A stretch of 64,000 nt of DNA from NCBI GenBank assembly GCA_036172245.1, contig JAYWIR010000007.1, positions 3,720,001 through 3,784,000 of the forward strand. Direction: 5' to 3'. The position numbers were made by a program, and so were the translations under genes. The notes beneath the pieces are model-generated. The model was not told the DNA's origin. It ran no database searches and was given only the letters and a program-made list of their open reading frames with translations. Positions within the stretch are counted from its first letter, which is position 1. Every line of letters starts with the position of its first letter. This document shows positions 32,601-44,500 of this stretch, one piece after another. Source of the DNA: Raillietiella orientalis (lineage: Eukaryota).

Positions 32601-35600
32601 CTGTTGTTGTGCCGGCACCACGTGCTGTTCCTGGCAATCCCTCCGTCGTCCTCCTGTAGCAGAAAGCAGGACACAGACTTGTTGAACTCATAGGCGTTGA
32701 AGCAGTGCTCCGTGTTCCAGTAGTTCTTGCAGGAGCTCCAGGGCAACTCTGCAGAGCAAACCGGGAGGGGAGGTCGAGAAACCGGGCCTTCTCGGAAGCC
32801 TCCTCGATGAAGAAGGGGAGAGCAGATGGGGTGGAGGGCTCCTCCTTCCTTCCTCCGGAAGGCGGCTGATCGAGGCGTGGGGGATCCGGGAACCCCCTCG
32901 TATCCCTCCTCAGCCGCCTCCTATCCGGAAACCCCCCCTACTTCGCCAATGGCAGCCGCGGTGGGCCATTGAAGAGAGCGCCACGAATGACCTCGGCGCA
33001 GGAAGCAGGAGAGGATCCCCGAGCGCACACACTGGGAAACCCCCGTCCCGCCATCCGCGGTGTCAGCGGCTGGACGCGCGCCGCGCATCCCCCAAAAAGT
33101 TCGGGAGCGATCTGGGGCTGTGTGAAACTGGGTCTCTCTCCCGCTCTCGATCGAGAGCTGCCGCGGTTCAAGGAGGTGCGGTGACGCAGTTCCCGGTCAG
33201 GGGGGATGGAGCAGGTCGGGAGTGCGACCTACGTGAACGGGAGGCTCGGGAGGGAGAGAAGGAGGAGGACAAAGAGAAAATAGGGAGGAACCGGTCGGTG
33301 GGTCCACAGGTCGCTCCGGCACGACTCTCCTGTCGGAAGATGGGGGAAGGGGAGAGGAGGTTCCCACCGAGAACGACGAGGGGAAGAGGCGGGACGCTCA
33401 CTCCTGCTGCTGCGACTCTCCACGGCGGATCGAATGTGCCTTATCTGGTGCAGCGCCCTCAGCCTCCGTCCACCCCTCCATCTGCTCCATGTTCACCTCA
33501 CAGTCGCAAGCGCTCCATCCTTCCCCCCCCCCCCCCCGTGAACTGCCCTCTTTTTTTGCCCTACCACCGGTTCCTTCCTGTCCCTCCAGTCCTCACACCC
33601 TCCTGCGGGCGGGTGGAGGGGAGGAGGAGGAGCCCTTCTTTCTCCGCACCCTCAGGCGCACATGTGCCTCTCCGACCTGCGAAGGAGGGATGGCCAACCT
33701 CTTCCTCCTCCTTCCCCTCCCCCCTCACTTCGGGGGAAAGGGAGGGCAAGAGACGGACCGGACGGGGACTCACCTGCACGGAAGGACTGGATGAGGTAGA
33801 AGATGGCCCAGGCCAGCACGACGATGTAGTAGATGTTCAGCCAAATGGCCATCATAGCGGCAGCGTAGCCAACTCCTGAGGGAAGCAGAGATGCGAGACT
33901 GGGCGCACAGACTGTGCAGCGGCGGCGGCGGTGGCCGAAGAACCACAAGCGGCGACTCGGAAAAGAGTGCAGCCGCTCCTCTTGGACGACTGACCCTGCG
34001 CCCCGATGGATTTGAGGCGATGGAGGCTCTGATCTCAGTGGGTCCTGCTGGAGCCTGCTCCGCCGCCATCTCTCACTCGACATCCCAGGAGGCCTTCCTC
34101 CCGGACGGGAGAGATGCGGGAGGTTTGCGCACGAGACCTCCCTCGCGTCTCCGCAAGAAAGGGGAGGCGTGTGCACCCTGAGTCCCTCCACGCCGCCGCC
34201 TCTGCTGCTCCGGGATGGGATGACACCTACCTTTGAACAGCGGGGTGATCTGCCACACTCCCAGACCACCCACGCTCAGGTACTGACCCAAGGCAGCCTC
34301 CAACAAGAACATGGGGATCCCAGCGCACAGTATGGTCAGTACGTAGGGGATCAGGAAGGCCCCTGCAACAGAGTGCGCACACATATGGGTCCGACACGTC
34401 CCTCAGGAAGGGAGAGGGAAGAGGGAGGAAACGCGGATGGCGTCCTGAGGGTTCCCTTTCTTCCCCCGAGAAGCAGCGCGGTGCAATGAAACGTGAGGGC
34501 GCGGCGGTGGGAAGAGGACGTCTGCGATGGGCCCATGGCAGCAGCAGCAGTAGTAGCAGACAGACGAGTACTAGGGAGTAGGGAGAAGGAGGTTCGCCTC
34601 CCTCTTCCTTCCCGTCGTTCCCTCTGCAGCAGTGTCCGGTATCACCGGGAACGACCCAGCGACGGGAAAGCACCGGGACACCTTCTCTTCAGCCCCGGGG
34701 AACGACAACGGCGCTCCTGCTTTCCTCTTCCCCCTCCTTCCTTCCTTGTCTCTCGTGGAAGCGCGATCGAGGCGGTCTGGCGGGCGGCGACGCCTCATCG
34801 GGCGAGCGGCACTGCCGCCGCTAGGCAGCTCCGATCGATGGCGGCGGGCGCAGGCGCGCAGGCGCGCGAGGCGGGAGTTCTCATCTGCAGACGCCTGGCA
34901 GGGACCGTCTTCCCCTTCTTCCACTCCGCACCCTCTTCCCCCCGTCGCTCCCTTCTGCAATCAGCCCCCGGGAATCCTGAGGATCGACCTGACCGCGCGA
35001 GAGCCCCGTCGATAGCGCTCCAGAGACTGCAACTCTCTGCGGGCGACGAAGGGGCAAAAAAAAAAAAAAGGAAGGGGAGAGCCCCAGCAAGCAATCCCCG
35101 AAAGGGAAAGGGGGGGAAGAAGCAGCCTGAAGAAGTGAGGGCGGGCCCTTAAAGTTTTAAGGGAGCGGCTCGCGAGCTCGTCCTCTCTGCAGGGTCGAAG
35201 GCCATCCAGGAGGACGTGGCTCCATCGGCAGCGGCGTCGACGACGGCGCCGCCTTCACCCTCGCCCTTCCACCGCCGCTGAGCTTTCCAGGAGCGGCCAC
35301 TGGGAGGAAGGCACCGCCACCTCCTCCCTCGCTTTCACTCCCGCAGCAAAGGGGTCCGCCACTCCAGAGGCCACCAGGAGTCGAAGCGCCCCGTGGGTGT
35401 GCAGCGGCCGCAGCCGCGTCCCCTAGAAGCTCCCGGGGAGAAGAGGCAGACCGAGGTCGCGGTATGTGTGGGTTCAGGGCGGTGCGATACCAGCTGGATT
35501 GGTATGGAAGCCAAGCGCGCGGCGACGGAAAGGGGCGCGTTGGACGGATTCCCCGGACCGCAGGAATCGAGGGGGAGCATCCTGTCGAAAAGGGAGGCGC

Positions 35601-38600
35601 AACCTGGGGTGGGAATGGGAGCCGTGTGACCGGAAAGCAGAGCGAAAGCAGGAGGAAGGAAGCTCTTGGAGCCCCCTCGAGCCGTTCCCGGTCGCCGCGA
35701 CCGCGAAACGGGATCAGGAGGAGAGTGAAGAGTGCGATCGCCGGCGGGGACAGTCGGACCTGTGAGTGCCGGGAACCGACTCGCCGCAAAGGGAAGGAAA
35801 AAAGAAGAAAAAAGAACCCTCCAAAAAAGGAAAAAGAATAGAGGGAGGGAAGAGGGTGTGGGGAAGACAAAGATTGCGAAATCTCATCAGCGGGTCTCAC
35901 AGGCAGCGCGGGTCGCATGGAAACGAGTAACCTCACTCACTCCTCTTCTGGGGTGATTCGCATCCAGGGCAAAGAAAAATTTCCGGATCCGAGCTGCGGA
36001 TCCATAAGGGCAACGGCACAGGTAAGCTCGGACAGGCATCCTGGCACTCGCACCCTCGGCAGATGAGAAACCCCAGTTAAAAACAGGCGATTTGATGGTG
36101 GGCACTGTGCGGGCACCGTAACGAAATTTATCCTGGATGGCATGCAAGGGAAATGGAGCACAGAGCCACCAACCGATACCTTTTAGAAGTGAACCAGAAA
36201 TATGTGTTTTTGAGTGCTTTCGTTCTGGAGCACCTGGCAGTTCCTGGTTGCACCTCGTTGTTCCCACTTCAAGCGAACGCTTGACGATGAACTCAAGCGA
36301 CTCCTTCAAGAATTGTGTTTTGTTTTTTTGTTTTGTTTTGCTTTGGTTTGGTCTTTTCCTCCTTAATCAAATGGTATAAAGTTCTTGCGTTAAACGTCAT
36401 TTAACCGATTTTTCGAATTTCGGTTTCAGCGCACGTCGATCTGCTAGCGGTTGCCTGGGAAGTGTCCATAGCAACGCAACTCTCATGGTTAAGTCGGAAA
36501 GGGGTGCGCTCACCCCGCCCGGATCAAGTGACTACCTCGATCTTAGCAAGGGAGACTGTTGAGCGAGCAGCTCCTTCCCTCCAAAATGCCGACGGGCACT
36601 CAGGCCTGCACGGAAACAGGAGCACCGGCCTGCATTTTACTTTGACGTAACGATCTCCGGAACTGCCGCTAGCCCAAGTCCCCTCATCAGGAAAGTTGAC
36701 TTCCCAGTGCCAGTGACATTCGCTTTTGTAAACGAGTGCCTTTCCAAGCTGATCAAATGGTCCCCTTTAGTTGCCGACGCTTTTTTTTCTTCCCCGTGTG
36801 CATCGTGCAGTCAGCATTCGCCAAATAAACAGCTGGAAATCAAATACTTCTGAGGACGCACGGATCTGTCATTTGCAACTCCTTTGGATGTCGCGGTCAG
36901 CGCAGGACCTCAGCAGCTGTTTTTTCCACTCCAGGAAGCTAACCCAACGGTTTAACAGCGGCCCACGCATCTCTTCTCTGTCCCATCTGTAAGTTTCCTG
37001 ACGTAGCCAAAAGTGTCAATTTTCTCTTCCCGCAAACCGCTTGGGACTCATCTACTCTTCCTTGTTCCTAACCCTTAGGACTTCGTTATCTGTTTTTTAT
37101 TTATTTATGTATTATTATTATTTTTTTCATACAGCTTGTTTGTCTTTGCATCCGCCGTAAAAAAAGGGAACAGGGCTCCTTTGGGAAGGCGTGCGATACA
37201 GAAATAAACGACATCGTCTACTCTGTCATGGTGACTTGAGACAGCAGTTCTCCCTCTCTCTCGCCCGCCTTCCCTCGTTTACCTCAAGTAGCAGCTCACG
37301 TCTCTTCCTGATTGCCCGAATCGAACACCGTTCACTCTGAGTTAGGAGAACGCTCCCGGGCTGAAGAAGACGGAGAGACAGCAAGCATGGGATAATGAAA
37401 GAAGCGCGTCGTGGCGAGAACCTTCGGATGTCCACCCACCCTTCCCCCCTTCCGGAAACTTCGTTTTTTCCCCGCGAGGCCCGAGTGGGTACCCGCGTCC
37501 CATCCCACACAGCGCTTCAAGCAGAGCGAAAGCGGCGTGGCTGCGGCTTTTTCGGATACCCTTCTCCAGAAGGGCATCGGAGGGAGAAGAAGGTCGTGCT
37601 CGTAAAATCAGCAAACGCACGAAAATGTCTTCGACCATCTGGAGCGGGAGACGCATCCACTGCACAGACGGTGCCGTAATCTTCTTGCCGCAGAGTCACC
37701 TCGCCATCTACGCGGAGGAAACCATCTGCTCTCCCTCGCGAGCAATCGATAAGGAGGCGAGAGCGAGATACCACGCGCGCGCGCGGGGGGATCGCGGAAG
37801 GAGCCTGGTCCCAGCGTGCGCGCGGCGCGTGCGACCAAGCAGAACGTCACTGCCGCCGCCGCTCTTTCCGGGAGCCCCCTGCCGTTTGGATTTCGGCCAA
37901 AGAGGGACGCCTTGCTGCTTTGGTGAAACCCTGGGTGCCACCTTTGGAGGAGCAAGGAAGCGCCACTCGCGCACAAGAAAGGGAGAAGAGAGAGAAGCGG
38001 AGCCAGGAAGTTCCTTCCCGCCGGAAGGTTCTCTCTCTTCCAGATGCAGCCGCGCGAAATGCTGAGCGAAGGACCTGCTGGGAACGGGACGACAACGCGA
38101 CAGTGGAACAGACTCCATGCAAACATCCGGCTGGCCTGGTTGCAGAAGCTGCGACCCCTCGTTCGTTCGCTCTGTTCTTCCTTCCTTCCTCCTCCCCTCC
38201 CTTCGAACCAGGAGAAGAGGCCTGATTTCAAGAAGCAGATTCCAGGAGCGGAAGAGGAAGCGCCGACTCCTCCCGTCCGACAGCTTTGATTCTAGGCTAC
38301 CCTTCCCATATCCCCGGATCGTCCTGACGCGATCGAGATTCGAGCATCCCGTCACCGACGAGGGTGATGCTACGGAACGAGCGAGACGCGGAGAAAAGGC
38401 CACGCCGCAGACCCGGAGCTCCCAGAGGTCCGGACTCGAGAAAAGGAGAAACGCGGGAAATCCCGGATTCCGGAAAACCAGCGAGTGGCGGGCAACCTGG
38501 CGGGAGGCTTTCTCTGCTTGTGCTCGAAAAGCCAGAAATGCCGGACAGAGCACCAATCCCAGGGGTAATTGTGTCTCCAGCGATGAGGGTGCGGGCGAGC

Positions 38601-38961
38601 GCGGGCGGAAGCGTGGCAGCACGGCGGAAAGTGGCGGGGGGAAAGAAGCGGCTGGCACCCGCGTGCGGGCGCCGCCAGCTCTGGGGTGGCAGTGGGGCTC
38701 TGGGAGTAGCTGGGGGAGCAGTGAGGAGATGGATTTCAAGGGACGGAAAGCAGCGGGGCGAGTGGGGTGTAGAAAAACGGAACACTCACCTCCTCCGTTC
38801 CTGTAGCACAAATAGGGGAACCTCCAGACGTTCCCCAGCCCAATGGCGTATCCGACCACCGACAGGACAAAGTCTACCTTCGATGACCAGTTGCCTCTCT
38901 CCGGCAGCTTGACCTGACCCGCCTCCACGGTCACGGGACCTGCGCTCTCCCGGTCGCTCAT
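23628..38961 (-). CDS. Gat: Na+/Cl- dependent GABA transporter (SLC6, GAT-type), 13 exons, 603 aa
   Basis: Exons on the - strand: 38790-38961, 34231-34362, 33774-33875, 32553-32748, 31385-31517, 30813-30947, 30216-30319, 30045-30169, 28155-28267, 27970-28101, 26526-26729, 26305-26475, 23628-23720. All are GT-AG, totalling 1812 nt in frame. Motifs: [34 protein letters not shown] (Gly, not the monoamine-transporter Asp), [52 protein letters not shown]. The last exon reads [30 protein letters not shown]. An additional upstream exon cannot be excluded. Confidence 0.92.
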
Positions 38962-41498
38962 CCCGGTTACTCCGCTGCAAACCTCACGAGGTGAAGGTCA
39001 GGCGTGCGAACGAGAATCCCTGGCAGTTGTACGGAGCTCTCCCGGATCTCTCCAGGTTCAGATTTCCTGGAAGAGCAACAGAGGAGGATCTTGGGAGTTC
39101 CCGTGCTTCCCACGCAAGCCGGGAGAGGTTGGGGAAGGGTGCGGCGGTGGAAATTCATGGTGGGAGGCGAAAAGAGATCCGTGCAGCGGGAGCAAAGAAG
39201 GGTGGAAAGAAGGAAAAGGCCCTTTTGCAGAGTCCTGCTCCAATATGGCTATCTGGAGAGGAGACTCGTTCCCGCAGGGAGCCCGGGCGCAGGCGGCCGA
39301 CGCTCCAGGAGGTGGTTGCACTGCCCACATCTCAACCGGATCAACAAGGGGAACGACGCACGTCCACCCCGCCGTTCCCCTCTTCCCACTCAAGACGAGT
39401 CCGGCCAGCTGGCCACTCCGCGCGAGTCCGGCAGTTACCGGGGCGAGCTCGCACAGGACGGGTCGACAAATCGCTTCGTGCCCCGAGAAAACCTCCAGGA
39501 AGACGTATCTTCTTCCCACCCGCCTGCTGGAAGGAACGTTTCTCAAAGAGCGGTAGATGGAAGCCCCGCAAAGTTCCCCCCCTCCCTGCTTGTGGCTCCT
39601 CGACGACACCTTCTCTACACCCCAGGAAGCTTCCTCGACGGCAATGTCGTCTCTCTCCCTTCCCAGAATGCTCAGGAGAAGGCGTCTTCCCGAGAATACC
39701 GAGAAGGGAGCGTATGGCTCCGGGAGATGGCATTCCACGCTTCGCGGGAGTTCCGAGAGATCGAAGGGTTCGAAAGGGAAGGGAGCGCGATTCCTGGAGG
39801 AGAACGGGGGTTCCTCTCGGAGTCTACACTGAGACACGGCTTTCCGATTCGACAATGCTTGCCGTCGATCATCCGCGAAGCATCACAAAGGATTCTTGAG
39901 GTTGAGGGATGCAGACTTCCTGTCCATTAGCGTGACTGGAGCGGAAACTCCGCAACCCGGAAAGCACAGGGACAACTCCGATCCGATCTCTCTCAACTCC
40001 CTTTTTCCTTCCCATTCGCTCCAATCTACAGAGACCCGACACCGATTACTAAGCTGGAGTCTGCACGTAGGACTGACCTTCCTGGGGGATTAGCGGGCAA
40101 GGAATGTCCTGGATCTTACACAGTGAGAAGGTCTTTGGGAATTCAGTGGGTAGGAAGAGTATGAACCCGTGTCTTCGTTGCCTCATAAGAGCAGGGAACT
40201 CCTCCTCCTCGGGTTGCCGTGGAGGAAGAGTTCCCTGCTCTTATGAGGCAGCGAGAGAGTTTTCAAAGGAAGAATGGCTGGGATGAGAGCGTCGGGAGAC
40301 CGGAGTACCTCGACATGGGTGACCCACGAAGGAGAAGGAACAAAGTCCTGGAAAGTTCCCTCGAAACTGCCTCCAGAAGCATGGTCAGATATTTGGACCT
40401 GCAGGGAAGGGGCTCCTGCTTTTTAACATTTCTCTGCCTACTTAGGAGCGGCTGCCAGCTCATGAGTGAGTTCTAATTTGATTCTGACATAAGAGGATGT
40501 TCCTCATGCCTCCGAGCAGGCGGAATTGCTGCAGCTCCAGTGGGCATCAGTGTCCATCTTCTTGGCACCCTTGGTCCCTCCATCCCTCGTCCCCAAGGGG
40601 TCATTTCTAAACCTTCAGCTTTCCTAGCCGGAGTCGCCGTGAGAGCAAGAAGGCTCCTCGCTCACCTTTCCGAGATGACGGATTTCGGATCCACAGGTGG
40701 AGGAAGTTCCAGAGCCACGTCTGCCGCTTGTTTGCTCAGCATCGGAATCCGAGCACGCGATGGAAGGGGAGGTGTTCTCCGTCCTTGATATTTTAGACGT
40801 CGAGTCCATGGCGACGCGGTCCCAGAGCACTAGGATGGCAGGGACTCTGAAGCACCGCATCTGCGGAGTCAGCAAAAAGTACACGGGATCCTCGCTCTCT
40901 AGAAGGTCCGCAAGAGCTGCCGCAGATGTCTCCCGGCTTCTCCAAGAGAACATGTGGATTGCCTCGTCTTCTCGCCTCTTTCCCACGCCCTTTAAAGGCA
41001 GCTTTCCGGCCGTTTCGAAAAAAGGGTGAGAGGTGGAGTCACGTGGGAAGCTTCGGAAACCTCGTTCCACGCGTACCCCGGAAAGCGGCTCGAGGTGTCC
41101 CTAATCTACAATCCGATGTCGGCTCGCGCTTGGAAAAGCCCGCGGACACAGCGGAGAGGAGGGAAAGGAACGGAGTGAGGGTGTATCGAGAGCCTCCTCG
41201 CTGCCTCTACTGGGCTTTCCAGTCTGCTTTTGGAAGCACCTAACAGGGGAGCAACGTCCCTTGGAGCGTCGATGGAGAGGAATTTCGCTTCTCTTTCCAA
41301 GGGAAGGACGCAGTCTTGCTGGATTTCCCGATCCTGTAGCATCAAGCGTTGCCCTCCATGATTGGAGGAGACGCTCCTCAGGATCAAGTTCTGGAGATTC
41401 GCTGCGCAAAAACATTTCCTCCGTTGCTTAGAAAGAATTCCCTGCTCCAGGCAGGCGGCGGCGCTTTCCGAGCGCGCGCATCTTTGACAGTGACCCAT

Positions 41499-41515
41499 AT
41501 ACACACACACACACA
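41499..41515. repeat. Short (AC)n microsatellite
   Basis: atacacacacacacaca visible directly. Confidence 0.6.
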
Positions 41516-44500
41516 TACTTCCCCTCCTTTGTCACGATACCAAAGACACAACAAGGAAGCATACAGGTGAGAGGTACGTGACATGGGGACACCATGTCCC
41601 TCTTTGCACACGCAAACTTCGTGCACAGGAGTAGCTCCATCCGAACCTGCATCTCTCTCTCGATAGCGGATTGCTGCAGCCTGCCCTCCTACTCAGAGAG
41701 TGGTTCTCTGGAAACGAAGGGACACCAAAACCTAAGAAAGGGAGGATGAAAAAACCCTTGGGAGATGTCGGAGGCACCAATGAAAGTGCCTGAAGAGCAA
41801 AGTATCTGACGGGGCAACGGGCAGAGTGCAGGGGTAGAGGGAAGCGTCATGGGTCACGCAGCCGTGCGTGTGCTCAAGTACTCACCATCCTTGTAGTCAC
41901 GACGTTCCGGTCGCGTTCCTCGGATTCACTTGCCTGCCATTCCAGCGTCTGTTACCCCAGCCGCACTCCACTCGACTCCCCGAAACACTGACGGCGCAGA
42001 GCGAGAGGTTCCGCATTTCCAGAGCGCAACAGCTCCTTGCTCTCCCCTGGCGACAGACTATGGAAGCTACCATGAGATGATGAGAGCGTTCCCGTCTCTG
42101 CTCCCGCACAAGCAACGGACGGCCTCGCATGTTCCATTTCCCCGATGAGGACGCGGAAGATCCCTGGGTGCAATGACTCCACTCCGGGTTTCCTAGCTGG
42201 GAGAAACCGCACCTGATCTTCCCGATCCTGCACTGAAGAATCACCAGATCGATAAGCTTCCTGAAGGCACAGAGGGAGGAGGAGGAGGAGCATCCTCCTG
42301 TTCCCCAGTGAAGGATAACCCTCTAGAAAGGGAAAGGGGACGTTTGACTTCCGTCGACCACCGCCTCTTCCGGCTGTCTGCCTCCCCTGGCTATCCTGGA
42401 ACCCTGGGAAAAAGAAGATACTTCCTTTTTCCCCATATCCTGGAGAAAACGAAAGATGGAGCTTCCGTGATTCTGGGGACGCGATAGCATCCCACGCCGC
42501 GCGGACTGTCTTTACGTATGCGGTTGCAGTCCTCGGCTCATCCGTGGAGGGTGCTCTCGGGTGCGTGCCTGAAGACGGTGAAAGACAGCCTTTCGCAGCG
42601 CTACATCATGGAGAGAACAGAAGGAACAGTTCCCCGCAGGGCATGCCTTCCCTTGGCGACAAGACCTCTGCAACCGAAGATGGGCTCCCTGTGGCCTTCT
42701 TCAGAGAGTTGATGAACCTCCAGTGAATCGAAGGATGAGACCATAGCCCTCAGAGTGGGGGTTCAGTTTCCGGTTTCCGGGTCCCCAAGGAAACCGCACC
42801 AGGAAATATTTCGCTCCGCTTGCGCAGGGAACCGGCCCTCGTCCTGGAAGGCAGAGTTGATGAGCGGGCTGTTCACCATCGCTTTTTTCTCGGCAGAAGA
42901 AGGATTGCTTGCCGCTGAGGTACATCGCCCTAGGGAGCTGTTTCTCCTTTTCCTGACAGGGAGTTCCAGAGCGTCTTCCCTTAGTTGATTTGGAATTGCA
43001 CTAAACCTTTGGTGAGGTCTTTGTTCAGTCGAGAGAAGACTCGTCTAGACAAAGAATGGTGGGATGAGTGGGTCCTGAAAAGGGAGTCTTGGGTGCACGA
43101 GTAGAACAGTCGCCTCCACTTTCACTTGGTCCCTCTGGCACTGAGGCCGTGAAGACTAGGAAACAGCCTGAGATCCAAGGAAGAGCGAGCTTAAACGTCA
43201 TAGGATGGAGCTGCGGAAGGACCACGGTCCAGATTCTGGAGGAACTCTATTATGACTCGATGCCCAAATGAAGCGGAAACAGTAATGAGGAAGTGGTACT
43301 GGCAAGAATACATTAGAGAAGTCTGATGCGAATGGAGGGCCTCTGAGTAGATCGGAAGGGTTGATGATGAGGAAGAGGAGAGGTAGGGATTTCCTCATCT
43401 AACATCAGTGTTAATGACAAGTGGGGATGTAAATGAAGAAACGAAGGATTCCCAAGAGGGTCCGGAAGAGGTAGCGTGTGGAAGAAGAAGACGGATTTTT
43501 TTTCGCCAGAAGAGGGCTCTGAATGCCGAGTTCTTTGCATATGATGAGCGATTCTCTGGAAGGATGCTATTTAGGGAGTTGCAGGGATGAGAGTGGAGCA
43601 CTCCTCGTTGCTATACACACGATCTTTGGAGACGAGCAGGTCCTGGGGTAGCCTGAGAGAAGACTTCTTGGCAGCCTCTGGCAATCGTCATCTGGAGATG
43701 AAAATCAGGCGGCTATCTCCCGAAAGTGTTGCTGAAGGTCTCTGCAGCTTTTGACTGTTGCAAAGGTTCTTACAGGATAGAGGACGAGTTCCTCATTATC
43801 TTCTTCCTCATTGCATTTTGGAAAGTCTGAATGCAGCTTCACCCACATTCCTCCCTCCTACTTGACTACTGAGCAAAAACAAGTATCCACTGGGAACTCT
43901 GGGGAGAGGGGGGTCTGGAGTCACACGATTGGTTCCTGCTCCTTCCTGACCACTGGCTCCATGCATGTCCCCGCTGATTGCGCGGCTGACGAGATCGTCC
44001 TGAAGCACCTTTCCGGTGGATGCAGTTCTCCTGGCAGTCTTTCATTGACTCCATAGTTGTAGCAGAAAGGAAGATTGCATCTCAGAGAACCTCCTCGGAA
44101 TCCATCCTTGCGCACCGAGGACTCGCTTTTCAAGACTCACGCATTCCTCTGCTCGTTGTTTAGGAAACTCTTCTCTTGACTCGCCGGAGACCTTGTCGAG
44201 CTCCCTTCTTCGATAGTGGATTCGTTTCTCTCGAGAAGATCTTACGAAACAAGCTCTAGAAAGCTGTCTGGAACCCCTTTGGCCTCCGCGTGGCTCCTCT
44301 TTTTCTCTGTATTAGTCCACGGGAAATGATCCATTGGTAAGAAAGTGATAGAACTCGTCCTTCTCCGCCTCCGCTTCCTGAGGATCTTTCGGACGCCTTT
44401 CAGCACCTTTCTAACGAGGTCTTTCGGTTTTCCTCCCACTATCCCTCGACCCTACGCCGCTTCGCACCTGAGGTTTCTCCCTGGGAACCTCGAAAGGTTC

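Noticed and set aside
37708..38789. 417-aa ORF 37708-38961 taken as a single-exon protein
   Set aside because: Only the first 57 codons are SLC6-like. The rest is read-through of GC-rich intron 1 after the gtgagt donor.
38991..39930. Overlapping 265-308 aa ORFs on both strands upstream of GAT
   Set aside because: No recognisable motifs and Arg/Pro/Gly/Ser-rich composition; long open frames are expected at this GC content.
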